Counted from the first letter of the stretch, positions 25,095-38,235 are shown. The stretch is DNA of 64,000 nt from Ylistrum balloti (GCF_031769215.1 NW_026781942.1:3348001-3412000), one strand, 5' to 3'. Notes: generated by a model not told the origin, from the sequence alone. A program made the numbers and translations.

Positions 25095-25921
25095 GGTGCA
25101 AAGAACAATGCAGAGATTGGCGATATTCTAATGTGCATGATGATGAAGGACAAACAGACTTGGTGGGGACTTGGTGTTATCTCCCTTGCATGGGAGGTTG
25201 ACATGAATGAGAGTGGGAGCGAGGGTACATGTGGAAGCTGATTGAGATAATGTGTCTGTTTCTCTTGTTTTACTTGTCTCTTTAGAACATTCCTTTATAT
25301 GGTATTATAATCATTCAAAAATATTTGTTATCTCCTGAGTTCTAAAATAGCTGAAGTGCTAATGAAAATGACATCAGTATGTAAAGTGTAAGTATTGCGT
25401 TCCTGAGATTGGAGGAGAAAACTTCCTACCCAATACAAATAGAAAGAACTGATATCCCAAAGGATATACAAATTTGGTTCTAGGGATTTCTATAATACCC
25501 TAAAAAGATCTAGTGTAATTAAAAGTTATTTCATTAAGAGTGAAAGAAAATGTGATATTTACATAGGTCCTAACATATCTTTATTACATAAGACATCTAT
25601 ATACTAGATGCATATTATTAGATGTTAATTTTTAAATTGTCTGGAAAATATATAATGTGCTAATTCCAGGGATGCATTTTTGTGAATATACTCTTAAGGA
25701 TATCTAGAACATATTTGTCATGCAAGTTAGTATTGTATATAATAAACAATATATGACAACTAAGCCAGTATATTTAGATCAAGAAATTATGAGACGAGAA
25801 ATTGGGTGTTATCTCTTAGTTATTTCATAATTATTTACAGGAAATTGTAGCATTAGTTGTGAGTAGATGAATTTGTGGATGACCTTTTCCAAAACTGATT
25901 GTTTGCAGATTGATTAATAAA
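25095..25921 (+). other. ARPC2 3'UTR (minimum) with AATAAA signals
   Basis: Follows the stop codon. AATAAA at 25741 and 25916, and another at 27891 that could define a longer isoform. The true cleavage site cannot be determined from sequence. Confidence 0.5.
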
Positions 25922-27440
25922 GAGAGTATGTTGGTCTGTTGATAAGTTACATTTTTAGACCCGCATTTCATAGTCCCTGTGGCAAAATGATTTAAGGCAA
26001 GGTGTTTTCTTTCACAGATATTTCATATCAATGTATTTTACACCAGTTACACAAAAATACGCATTACAGATAGAACACTCTCTGTACCTGTGTTTTATTA
26101 TTATTATTATTATTTGCTATATGCCAGAGACATAGTAATGAGAAAAGATGATATTGTGTGTGAGAAACATTGTCCCATTGTTGCAAAATTGGGTACGAGA
26201 AGTTTTTGCAGACATAACTGATGATGATGTGGGCAAGCTTCTGGCTGCAGTGAATGTGATTTACCTTGATATCAGTTTCTGATTATAGTGTAATTAATAT
26301 ATGTATTGGAATTAAATTCATTTTGTTTAATACTTAAACAAACATACAAATCATATGTACAATTTTATGTTTTTCAAGATATGATGTATGATTTTCCTAG
26401 CAGAAGGACACTGTTTGTGATAGACTAGAAGACATTTGAGGGCTTACTGTAAGACTCTACTAGTACTAACCTGCAGGCAGATTTAACAAAATCACATTAG
26501 CCAAACTATACTTAATGCTAAAAATTAAAAAAAGATAAAATATGTAGAGGCTATGCTTTTTAAGCCATTAACAAAGGACTAGGCGCTAGTGAAGTAATCA
26601 AGGGAGGTAATCAAAATCAACGGTGACTGTTGTAGAACAGTTATACTTGTGTACAGAAATTAAACAGCATTTATATTCAACTCTCTGAAGACTTTTATTG
26701 TGTATGACAAATGTAATTCTGAACAGAATGTTTATGTTTCATGTGAAGTTCAGGGGTATGCATAGCCAGACCTTAGTTAGTGATGAGAAACGACACTCGG
26801 AAAATAAACAGATGTGTGAAGTTACACACATGACTTGAAATCGTATCTAGTGCTATCTGTGTATCACAGAATAAGTTGTCTCAAAAAAATATGATAAATG
26901 GGCATATAAATGGGTTTTGTTTTGAACTTCTAGTTGGAACATTTTTCTGAAACTCAAATTTGATCTCGAGGGTTCATTTTAGGAGAGAGTTTTTTCAGTG
27001 TCCAAAAAAGTCTCTGTCATGTTAGTATTTTGGAAATATAGGGAAAATAGTCTTGTTTAAAGTTTTTAAATGGTGTCTGAACAAAATAGGAGAGGCAACT
27101 GTTCTGAGAAAAAAACCACCTTGTGCCATAACGGAACCTCAGATGTTACTGCCAGGATAGATTGATTGGTTTAATTTCTAGTTTGTCTCTTTGTTTTTAA
27201 ATATGGAATGATGCAAGTAAGAGTGTTTAAAAGAATACATGCAGGTCTTTAGTGTCAGGTTTTACATGTACATTTTGAAATTCTTTCTTTTGGTATTCCT
27301 TCTGTATAAGCATTTCATAATCCTGTTGAGACATTATTATTGAACATTTTCAAAAATTAATCAACAGTGATTATTTGAAATCACTGAAATGATTGCCAGA
27401 GTAGACAGTTTGTTCCTGAAATTTCATCCATTGTTAAATA

Positions 27441-27690
27441 AGATGAAATTTCATTAATTGAAAGCTGAAATGAGATTACATCAATTGACTGTTGAAATGA
27501 AATTTCATCTATTGACGATTGAGTTGAATTTCATTAATTGACAGGTGAGATGAAATTTCAAAAATTGACTGTTGAAATGAGATTTAATCAATTGACAGTT
27601 AAAGAAAAATTTCATTAATTGATGGTTGAGACAACTTTCATTAATTGACAGTTGAGATGAAATTTCATTAATTTGCAATTGAGAGGGAAA
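27441..27690. repeat. Diverged ~27-28 bp AT-rich minisatellite, ~9 copies
   Basis: Consensus gatgaaatttcattaattgacagttga, seen directly. Confidence 0.85.
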
Positions 27691-28529
27691 TTAAAAATTT
27701 GACAATGGGTATGTTAAGTATGTCTGTTTGTTGGAAAGGTGGTTCATAGTAAGAGATGAAGTGCTATTATTACATAGTTCTTCTTTGTTCTAACTTATAC
27801 TGAAATTGTACAAACTTTTGTATTATCTCCATAAGACTGAGCTTCGTTCATACATAATATGCTAATCAATCAGTCTCATTTTATTTCAATAATAAATTTA
27901 TGATATTCTCTTCATGTTCTTGGAGTTATTTGAGTCTTAAAATCCATGAAATGAGGGCAAAGTTTTAACAAAAGGAATTTACTAGACTCCTGAAAATAAA
28001 AGCCAGTGTTCTGGGAGTGAAATTGCTTCTGCTTTATCAAGGAATCTTGCTTTAAAGAAAGACAATTGACAAAATCTGAAGGAACAATAGTAGCTTTGTT
28101 TGACATTAACCTTTTTTGAGACATTCAATGCAAATATGTTTTAGTATAATTTCTGAAGAATTTTTGTGTCAAGATAAATTGTTTCTCAATTATTATATAC
28201 ACCAGATAATGTTGACTTCTCCGTGGTTATATGGTAGATAATTGCAGATTACCATTAGGATGAACCTTGACCCCTATCCTACCAGTTTTGATATGGTACT
28301 ATATAGCATGGTGAAGTTTTGGATTGGGATAAGGTTCCCCCTATGGTAGGTATAGCAATCTTCCCATGTCTCTCTGTTCAAGACAATGTCAGAATGATGG
28401 AACTGGAATGAAATAAAAGCATTGGGAATTACCAAATATAAATGTGCTGGATTTCCATCCACATACCAGAAACATTTTGTCCTGGTCCAATAACATCTTC
28501 CTCTTGTGCTCTATATATTGTCAATTTTA

Positions 28530-29215
28530 AGGACGTTTGAACCAAAGGGTAATGATGATCTATAACCATTGTGCTTCATCTGCTGTTTGCTGTGCGTAAC
28601 CTTTTTACATTTTAAAATCCTCAAGTTCCAATAGTGGGATCGATCTCCAACTTGTCTGAAATGGTCCTAATCAAGTGTTGCTATTTTTTTAGGTTGGTCT
28701 GAAATCCAAGATGGCTGCCATGGTCACCATCTTGAAAAGCATATCTTAAATTTCTTCTCGAGTTCCACTGGTGCTATTGAGCTAAAAATTGGTTGGAATG
28801 TTAAGGAAAGGTAGCCAACAAAGTGTTGTTATTTTTCGACCTTGTCAAAACTTTGACATGGGAGGCCATTTCGTAACATGAATGTGCAATCATGGTTTTC
28901 CTGTGCAACAACTTTTTCAAACTTCTGAAGTTTCACCAGTGGAATTGAGCACAATCTTGTCTGAAATGATCCTGACCATGTGTCATTTTTCAGGTTTGTC
29001 TGAAATTCAAGATGGCTGCCATCTTGAAAAACATTTTAGTTGGATTGAGCTCCAATGTTACTGTCACAAAATAGGTAACACTTGTTCCAGTTCCCTTCTC
29101 CTCGCCAAAACTACCATCTGCTTAATGGAAAACAGCTTCTTAGTAAGGTATCATTCAAAGTTGAAAAAATAACCCTTCTCTCCCTACTGAAAGTTTTTGT
29201 CAGGTGACCTTAAGG
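28530..29215 (-). mobile_element. HINE-like element (boundaries approximate)
   Basis: Repeated gtctgaaat(c/t)caagatggctgcc core (~28697 and ~28998) and a caggtgaccttaaggc terminus at ~29200. Confidence 0.5.
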
Positions 29216-29392
29216 CTGAGTGCATCTTGATAGCTGAATTGGCCTGTGTTGGTATAGACAGACCTTATAAGTCACATACACCACTAAGAGTCTTGAAAGA
29301 ACAAAACTGTGATATGACAACTATACAATATTCGGTATAGATGTTTATTGTATGTACTACTGCAAGAGTAAATGTGCAAAAGTTGACGGACA

Positions 29393-29609
29393 GTTTGGTT
29401 TATTGTTGTTTTATGTCCTATTAACAGCCAGGGCCATGGATGTGCCAGGATTGGGGTGGTCTAAGAAAGCCGGGGTTTCCGGAAAATAACACCGACCTGT
29501 GACCACTACCTGGCAACTGTCCCAAGTAAGCCTTGAACCCGCATCTCCGAGGTGGAGGGCTGTTGATAAAGACGGTTATACACCTTCACTTCTCGGCCAT
29601 CGTGGCCGC
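29393..29609 (-). mobile_element. tRNA-derived SINE with Meta-type central domain
   Basis: Minus strand: tRNA-like head with A-box (tggccgagaag) and B-box (ggttcaagg), central domain ttttccggaaaccccggctttc (resembles the Meta-domain ttctccgggtactccggtttcc), and tail ctggctgttaataggacataaaacaacaataaaccaaac typical of molluscan SINEs. Confidence 0.75.
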
Positions 29610-32388
29610 TTAACGTCTGAATGGACCGACGGACGCCCTCCGTTATATAATCAATAATCCGACCTTATAAATGGAAAGAACTCCGTAATTTTCCAGAAAT
29701 ACAGCATCAATAACTGCACACGCATCCATTAATCAGACACTGAAAAAGTACAAAAATAACAGGATTTTCATCAAGTTAAACAATTTAAAAAGTCTCTTTT
29801 TCTCAATATCACCAGAAATTACATGGGAGTTTAAAAAAGGGGAATATCGTTAAAACTAGGTGGAGGATATCTTGGTACTGGACATAGCTGTACCTGCTAT
29901 GAAATCAACAATTAGGCGCCGTCATCCACGGTGTCCGCCTTTGTTTTATGTTCCAAGTCTCGGATGTTGTGTTTGGCAATGTTACAGAAAAAAAACATTG
30001 AAGAATTCGATGAAATACTCCAGGCGGGATTGACCTCTCTTCCTTTTTATATATGATGTATCTGTTCGTCTCTCGCTTTCATGTTTTCTTTTTCTTGATC
30101 TATTTTTGTGTCGAAGAAATACAGACTGAAGTGTAAGTAAGCGTGCGTCTATCTTTTGGTTCACGACGAACATAAACATTAATATTGCTGTGTTGAAATT
30201 AATGGAACGCATTAAGGAACGAACATTTTAATACAAGATTATTTACAACGCATGCCTTTGGTAATATAAATGATACATTGTTAGATATTCTATAACCTTC
30301 TTGTACAACATTACAAACACTGTCTGTGTCCATGATACTACTGCGGCAGTTTATTAATTCTTCAAAAATATTGTATTATGTCGGAAATACATTGACAGTG
30401 TTTTTAATGTAAACACGAGCCATACTGAAATACCTTATTGAATGACACTGGTATCAACACTGTTATTGAAAATGAAATGACATGCCGACGAGTATCACTT
30501 CAAGAAGTAGGAAGGACTCCGAGACAGACAATGGTGCCAGCCATATTTAAATGGAGGTTAGTTACCCGATAGTTATTTCTGTTATCATAAGTATTATAAA
30601 ATTTGCACTTCTGCAACACTTTCGATACTGGTCGTCGACCTGTTTTTGCCAAGTACCAACTCGCCGATGCCTTGTGGGTGATGTTTGTTAATTTGTACAT
30701 AACTTGCGACTTTTCCAGAATTTTTAAAGCAAAGTTTTTGCATTGTTAGTAAAAATCTTCGTGTCGAAATATCACGATCTTACCGACGAAACGTGGCTGG
30801 TTTTTTTTATTCTTGGCGAGGATGACGGTTGACGACTAGTAAATCTTTATTTGATTCAGGTCATGTAACCTAATGTGAAACAAGGATTTTATTTCTGTTT
30901 TTCTGGTTTAATTCATCACTTACAATATACAAATATGGGTTTCAGTTCACAGATGAAAACAAATCATCTAGAAGTCATTGTTTTCACGGTAATCTTATAT
31001 GCTTTACTTACGTTTCCATGGTTATTGTCCATTTACAAGGGTCGTTTGCTGACCTAGTTTCAGTTAATTAAAAACTTACCATTGAGCTTATACCTTCATA
31101 CTTACCATGGAAGCATCTTTGCTCTTTGTTTCTCAAAATTCGAATGCTTTAAAACTTTTCAACTTGCTGGCTTTGAGTGAAAAAAATAAATGCACGCATG
31201 TGCAATAATAAGAAATCAACACCGTGAAACGGTTATCTGTAAGAATGTTAGAAAGACAACAAACGGGCTTCGATTGACTGATGTCACGATCGTCCTTAGG
31301 CGAGGTCCAGTCAAAATATCGATTTCATTTATTAATTGACATCTCCCTAGAAACACAGAGGACAAGATGGAAAAATTGGTGTGGATCGGAGAGTGATTTA
31401 TTTTCTGTAAACTCAAAGCTTTATTTTGTATAGTTTGGGGAGTACCTTATACTCAATCTGATGCGTTCAGACACCCACAGAGATGATGTTTGGTATTGTT
31501 TTGTATTTCAGCGAGGCTGTGAAAATGTTGGCAGTAGGTTTCAATGTTTGTAGTATGGTCCCTTCTCAGTTTGGTCGGAAGCTTGTACATCGCTGACCTC
31601 CCAGTGATGGCTAGGTTGTATCATTTGACGGGACACTTTATCCAATCAGCCCTATATAACATGCGATGGTCGTCCCGCATGATGTTCAGTGATATAACAA
31701 CCACTACTTCAAGGATATCCTGTCACAAAATGACACTGTCTGTTCCCGAGCCGACAACGGTCTGGTGCTAGATAGATGCTTTCAACTTCTATTTCCGAAA
31801 AGTTTAATTCAATATATTTCATATCACATGACCTGTCATTACAATGTATATCTGTCTCATGTTGCGCTCTTCGTAGTTAACATATAACATATACGAATAA
31901 ATAACAGAACTTTTTCACGTTTAGTTATAATAAGTGCCACAATGTATGACCGAATTCTAAACCAAACAAAACATTTTACAGATTGCACCTAGTTAGACCA
32001 AACTCCTATGCCCCGTGCAATAGAAAGTGAATGCGCCATTTAAATACATACATCTGTATATCGGTTTGTTATTTGAACAAGAGGTTATTACGTGCTATAT
32101 CAAGCAGAGAAAATCTGGTCGAAGGTTGAAGAAAATTGATAACCTTTTTATCATAGATTGAAAATCGAACGAATTGGTTACTGCAAATTCAAAAATCTTA
32201 ACCGAAATATCAGCACAATGATAAATACAGATGTCAGAATTTGTTTTCTGGTATTTATAGGCTGTACACTTTACGTTCTAAAGATGTGAATAAGTCAGGA
32301 TATAGATATAGAGAAATAAAGACCACATGGTTTTTTTCGAAGTTACGCTTTTGGTATAGTCCAACAGCACCACATTGGTTCGAGACGA

Positions 32389-33016
32389 ATGAACATTGAA
32401 CCATATCATATACCATATGACGTGTTTATATGAACATTGAACCATATCATATATCACATGACTTATTTCTATGAACATTGAACCATATTATGTATCACAT
32501 GACGTATTTATATGAACATTGAACCATATTATACATCACGTGACGTATTTATATGAACATTGAACCATATTATACATCACATGACGTATTTATATGAACA
32601 TTGAACCATATTATGTATCACATGACGTATTTATATGAACATTGAACCATATCATATATCACATGACTTATTTCTATGAACATTGAACCATATTATACAT
32701 CACATGGCGTATTTGTATGAACATTGAACCATATTATGTATCACATGACGTATCTATATGAACATTGAACCATATTATGTATCACATGACGTATTTATAT
32801 GAACATTGAACCATATTATACATCACATGACGTATTTATATGAACATTGAACCAAATTATACATCACATGACGTATTTATATGAACATTGAACCATATTA
32901 TACAACACATGGCGTATTTATATGAACATTGAACCATATTATGTGTCACATGACGTATTTATATGAACATTGAACCATATTATGTATCATATGACGTGTT
33001 TATATGAACATTGAAT
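32389..33016. repeat. 41 bp minisatellite, ~15 copies
   Basis: Unit tatgaacattgaaccatattatacatcacatgacgtattta, highly homogeneous. Confidence 0.95.
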
Positions 33017-33460
33017 AATATTACGTATCTGTCCCAGTAGTACTGGTGTCTCTTTCAAGATATATTTCAAGTCCAAGCAAGTTAATGCTTGCATATGAAG
33101 CTTCTATTCGTTGTAATTGAAACACTTTTAAAGTTGGTTGCCTGAAGTTCCTGTGTAAGTAAAGCAGTACTTTATTTCTTGTAATGATTGAAATCCTTTG
33201 TTTTAGATGTCAACCGTGGTACAAAAAAAAATCTGTATTTACGATACTTACCATAAAACACTTGTACCCTTACCACACCAGGAGATATTAAAGAGTTTTG
33301 TGAGAGCCTAGCACATTTTCCCTGTGGAAAGGTAAAATACACAACACCTATTATACATCATTGTCTTAGCTACCGATTTCATGAAGGATCACATTGCTGC
33401 CTGCGAATTCTTTACTCACAGTACCTTGTTGGAGATATATAACCCCGGTGAGTAGGTAAA

Positions 33461-34461
33461 ATGGACAAAAAATGAATATAGAGAGGTGATACATCCTAGT
33501 CCTGAAAGGTCAATCAGTCAGACTGGTTGAGTAGCGAGTGACTGCCGTCTGTAGGAAGTAGTCCCTCTTCTTCTTAACTCATCAAACGGTGGATGAAGTT
33601 AATACAAAGTGGCAGGGAGAGTTAAGATGATGACTCCTGATCAGGACGTCCATCACCTAGCTAGTGTTGGCCCGGAAATCACTGACACTACACAAACACT
33701 AGTGATATGACACCACCATATTACTTATTATGAGTAGGTAGAAGTAGCAGACATATATATTACTCGTCATATTTCATCATAAACTACACAACATGTGCAA
33801 GATAGGTCCTAAAAATGCTCTTGGATGACATGAATCATTGGAGAGACATCATCAGCGGAACCTTACTAACTCGATACAACGCCAACCCAGACGATTTTCT
33901 TTTCAGAGTTGTTATATGTGATAAAAACTGGCTTTGTCGTAATGACTCGGAGAATGCACAGGAATTAATGAAATGGAAACAAGCCACATTAATTAAAAGA
34001 CCCCGTGTCCACCAAGAACGGGGACAGTATAGGGGTGTTTCACACCGACTACCTGCCCCATTAGAACCATAATGTATGTAATTTGCCGAACAGGTGCGTC
34101 ATTCAATCGAGGAGAAACACCGCGGAAAATTCGTGGGAGAATCTGTTTCACTAAGACTGCAATGGAAGCTGTGCCCGACTTCTTTCTCCAGACCTAGCTC
34201 TAGAAGACATCCTTCTCTATACCAGTCTGAAAATAATACCATTTAGAACAGGCGATTTGAGGATGATTAGCTGAGTACTGTTGTGGAGGGTTGATTAGGG
34301 AACCAAGATGTTGAGTTCTACCGATCGAGTATCAATGACTGCACAAACTGGACAGAATAAGCGTGTGGAGTTCGAAGGGGACTATGTTGAAAAAATAAAG
34401 CCGTATAAATCTAAATATCTCGCTCATTCTTTGTGAGACTCCATTTTGATATCCCTTCGTA
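33461..34461 (+). mobile_element. Decayed mariner (Tc1/mariner) transposon with frameshifted transposase pseudogene
   Basis: Across stops and frameshifts: N-terminus MDK.EYREVI (33461), KRWMKLIQSGRES*DDDS*SGRPS (HTH region, ~33580-33660), LTRYNANPDDFLFRVVICDKNW (first-D motif equivalent to RIVTGDETW, ORF 33815-34072), SPDLA motif (~34185) and C-terminal FEGDYVEK (~34370-34395). Terminal inverted-repeat-like end ...ttttgatatcccttcgTA at 34461. 5' TIR not identified. Confidence 0.85.
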
Positions 34462-35869
34462 TGCTCATTTGACCCAGTGTGAAGAGAAAAATGTTCCTTT
34501 TCTGTAATTAGTTTCAAAGTGTCTGTAGCATTCATCAAACGAATCACACGTTTCAATGGCGAAGTACAATGTTTCACATTGACGGTCAACATCAATTTTG
34601 GATTAATATTATATAACGTCAAAACCCTTTTGTACTTATGGGCAAAGATGATTTTCATCCAAGTGCAGAACATTGCACAATAACCCACAAATCCATACCA
34701 TGGATAAGGCCAGAATGGCGATCGGTACTACCGCTCAGTGTGTTTTGTCATCGGCGTCTTGATATGTCCCCTCCGGACCACGTACACGCCAATTCATACA
34801 TTTTAACCATATAAGTAATAGAAAGCGCAATATTTCAAATGCAAATGTTCCCATTTATTTTCCATCAAAATTGAATGTTCCTAGCATGCTTTCCATAATT
34901 CCCCACGTTACACTTTAAATGTGTCTAAATACGTTGTTTTCCTTCATTTCTTGATCCCGAAGAAAGTCAAACAACATTCCCAGACAATGTGATTTTCGTA
35001 GACGTTTTGCCCGTTCCAATCATCCGTCATATATTTTCCTTTAAGTTACAGTATAATTACGATGTATTTCAGAAATCAACGTTAATATGTACATATAAAG
35101 TTCATATATGAAATTAAATTTCCACATGTTTCATTTCTCGTTACATATGTGAAAATAAATCCAAAATTAAATGACAGCATTACTTGTGTATGTAATTCTA
35201 AAATCAAATAAATAGATAAATAAATTCGTTTAAAAAGTGCTTAGAATAGTTTTGGTTTTATTTTAATGACCTTCCACCGGGCATAGAACATGTCACAATT
35301 TTTGAATCAGAGCGACACATTTCCAATTCCTAAAAATACATAAACCGTGTAATCTGCTTCATGCACGTGCTTATAAACATATATGATCACAACCGGGCTA
35401 CACAGACAGGTAAGACAGACAGACTCACAAACAATCTTATATGTTATAATGTTGCTGCCTTGTTTAAATTATTACTCAGATATTACACGTAAACGAATGG
35501 GCCAGGAATGCTACATTGCATCGCAGCCACCGATAGCGGAAATATAACAAGCGCGTGATTCTACGCACGCGGTGATGTAAATTTCTGCCGTGTGTTACAA
35601 ACAACGATACTGAAAAACAACATGTGCTCATACAGTGCAAGTCCAAACAATCGCCTGACTCCATTTCGAGTAGAACTATCTTCATGTGTGTTCCGAAGTC
35701 TTCTTTGTTGCAGTTTAAGTGAGTGGATATATAATGCCATTGTGATAATTATTAGCATCATAACAGTCTCTTAGATACCTGTACAATGCATTTTCTGTAT
35801 GTAGCCGGATGCACGTGAGCTAATACAGACAAAGTTCACCGTCCCGGGGCCAGTGGTTGTAAATCGACA

Positions 35870-36994
35870 ATGTACAAGTTTATCAGGGGAGGGGTTCTGT
35901 CCAAAAAGGGTGAGATTAAGTGGATATCAAATTTTACTTACATTGTAAAAATTTAAAAAGAAGAAAAAGAAATGCAACAAAAAAACAAAACAGATTTCTT
36001 TTTGTCCGGATTTGGATTAACCTGCATTTAGTTCTACACCCTCTTTTTCTGAAGCTTAAAGTTTGAAAGGCTTTTAGCATGCAAGAGTAAAAGAAAATAT
36101 TGAAATTGTTTCATATCTTATATTTAAAGATTCCTTGCAATTAAAAGAAAAAAAATGCCTTAAATGGAATTAAGAAAAGTGAGAAAAAAGACAAAAATAT
36201 TATTAATGTTGCTATTGTTGGTATGTTTTTAGATCTAGATAGTCCATTGAAGGAAGTAAATGGAGGAATTCCCTTCAGAGGATTTGTATGTGGAAAGTTT
36301 CAGCCTTCCACAGGATTAGTGTCTCTACTGGACGCAAACATGGATGGAATTCCTCCACCAGCTCCTTATGCTGACAAGCCAAGTCGGAGAGATCGGTATA
36401 GAAGGATTAGGACAAGGGCCACCAAGGAACAGGGATATGGAAACCATTCAGGAACAGATTTTATCCGGGCAGTAGGACCTTCACTTTCCTGTCCAAATAG
36501 TAAGTGAAGTTTGTTATTTCCTACAACTAACCCCAAAATGTCTGCATTTGATGACATTTTAAATTTCAGATGATGAAGTAATGTTTTGAATTTCAGTTGA
36601 TGAAGTGATGTTTTGATTTTCAGTTCCTCACAATACTATGTGCATGTTTTAGTTAGCATGAAATATGTTTGTCATTCATACCAACTATAAATGACATATC
36701 AACAGTTCATTGCTTATATATTTACATACTGTCTAGGGCTGATCATGACTTCAAATAAAATAAAGTACTGATTATCAGCTGTGTGATCATTCAAGTTGAA
36801 CAGCCATTTTGATGTTAAGTCATCACCTTTTTCATCCTAATGGTATTGACATTGTAATGATCACATGCTAGGTGGCATTAATTGTACCGTAAATCACACC
36901 ATTTCTGGTTAGTTTATAAACATATCAAAGGATTGTCATGCAAATGTAGATGTTTTGAATTATTTCAGCTTCCACATCAAAATCTGACTTCTGA
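35870..36994 (+). CDS. Uncharacterised spliced protein-coding gene (110 aa if the first stop is used)
   Basis: ATG in good context (acaATG, in-frame stop upstream). Exon 35870-35909 (MYKFIRGGVLSKK, donor G|gtgaga) joins in phase to the fully open exon 36233-36499 (DLDSPLKEVNGGIPFRGFVCGKFQPSTGLVSLLDANMDGIPPPAPYADKPSRRDRYRRIRTRATKEQGYGNHSGTDFIRAVGPSLSCPN, donor A|gtaagt). The next strong acceptor at 36968 gives TSTSKSDF* (TGA 36992-36994). Likely 5'UTR intron 35719-35804. No family recognised. Confidence 0.55.
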
Positions 36995-37209
36995 AGTAAT
37001 AAAAGTCCCTGATTTATCTGGATACAAAAGAGTGTGTCTGTAAAGCCAGAAGTCACAGCAGCTTCACAAGGAAACATTTCCTCTTGAACCACAAAGAATA
37101 AAGACAGATTCAGGTGTTAGATTTTATTGTATAAGATACAGTTTGTTGAGAAATGATTACATCAGATGTTTTCACATCTTGTGAATGGTAGTTTCTAAGT
37201 ACTTTATAC

Positions 37210-38235
37210 AAATACATTAATTAATACCTCTAGTTGAGTCAGAAGCAAGTGACTAGATGGTTCACTACTGTGACACATACCTCTGGCTGAGTCAGTAATA
37301 AGTGTCTAGATGGTTCACCACTGTGACATATACCTCTAGCTGAGTCAGTCACAAGTGACTAAATAGTTCACCACTGTGACATACCTCTAGCTGAGTCAGT
37401 AACAAGTGGCTAGATGGTTCACCAATGTGACACATACCTCTAGCTGAGTCAGTAACAAGTGACTAGATGATTCACCACTGTGACATACCTCTAGCTGAGC
37501 CAGTCACAAGTAACTAGATGGTTCACCACTGTGACATACCTCTAGCTGAGTCAGTCACAAGTGACTAGATAGTTCACCACTGTGACATACCTCTAGCTGA
37601 GCCAGTCACAAGTAACTAGATGGTTCACCAATGTGACACATACCTCTAGCTGAGTCAGTAACAAGTGACTAGATGATTCACCACTGTGACATACCTCTAG
37701 CTGAGCCAGTCACAAGTAACTAGATGGTTCACCACTGTGACATACCTCTAGCTGAGTCAGTCACAAGTGACTAGATAGTTCACCACTGTGACATACCTCT
37801 AGCTGAGCCAGTCACAAGTAACTAGATGGTTCACCACTGTGACCTACCTCTAGCTGAGTCAGTCACAAGTGACTAGATGGTTCACCACTGTGGCATACCT
37901 CTAGCTGAGTCAGTAACAAGTGGCTAGATGGTTCACCACTGTGACACATACCTCTGGCTGAGTCAGTAACAAGTGTCTAGATGGTTCACCACGGTGACAT
38001 ACCTCTAGCAGAGTCAGTAACAAGTGACTAGATGGTTCACCACTGTGACATACCTCTAGCTGAGTCAGTCACAAGTGTCTAGATGGTTCACTACTGTGAC
38101 ATACCTCTAGCTGAGTCAGTCACAAGTGTCTAGATGGTTCACCACTGTGACACATAATTCTAGCTGAGGCAGTAAAAGTGTCTAGATGGTTCACCACTGT
38201 CACATACCTCTAGCTGAGTCAGTAACAAGTGTCTA
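37210..38235. repeat. 51/53 bp minisatellite, ~20 copies, with a 206 bp higher-order duplication
   Basis: Unit ctctagctgagtcagtcacaagtgactagatggttcaccactgtgacatac. Variant accaatgtgacac recurs at 37421 and 37627 (4-unit block). Confidence 0.95.

Noticed and set aside
26215-26287. C/D-box snoRNA-like pattern (ATGATGA ... CTGA with a 4 bp terminal stem)
   Set aside because: No rRNA/snRNA guide that I can recognise, no clear C'/D' boxes, and it lies downstream of the ARPC2 stop rather than in an intron.
34332-34688. 118 aa minus-strand ORF
   Set aside because: Antisense to the mariner 3' end and TIR; no homology evident.
35870-36499. Resemblance of the orphan N-terminus (MYKFIRGGVL...SP) to selenoprotein K
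   Set aside because: No transmembrane helix and no C-terminal GGUGR-type motif; similarity limited to a few residues.
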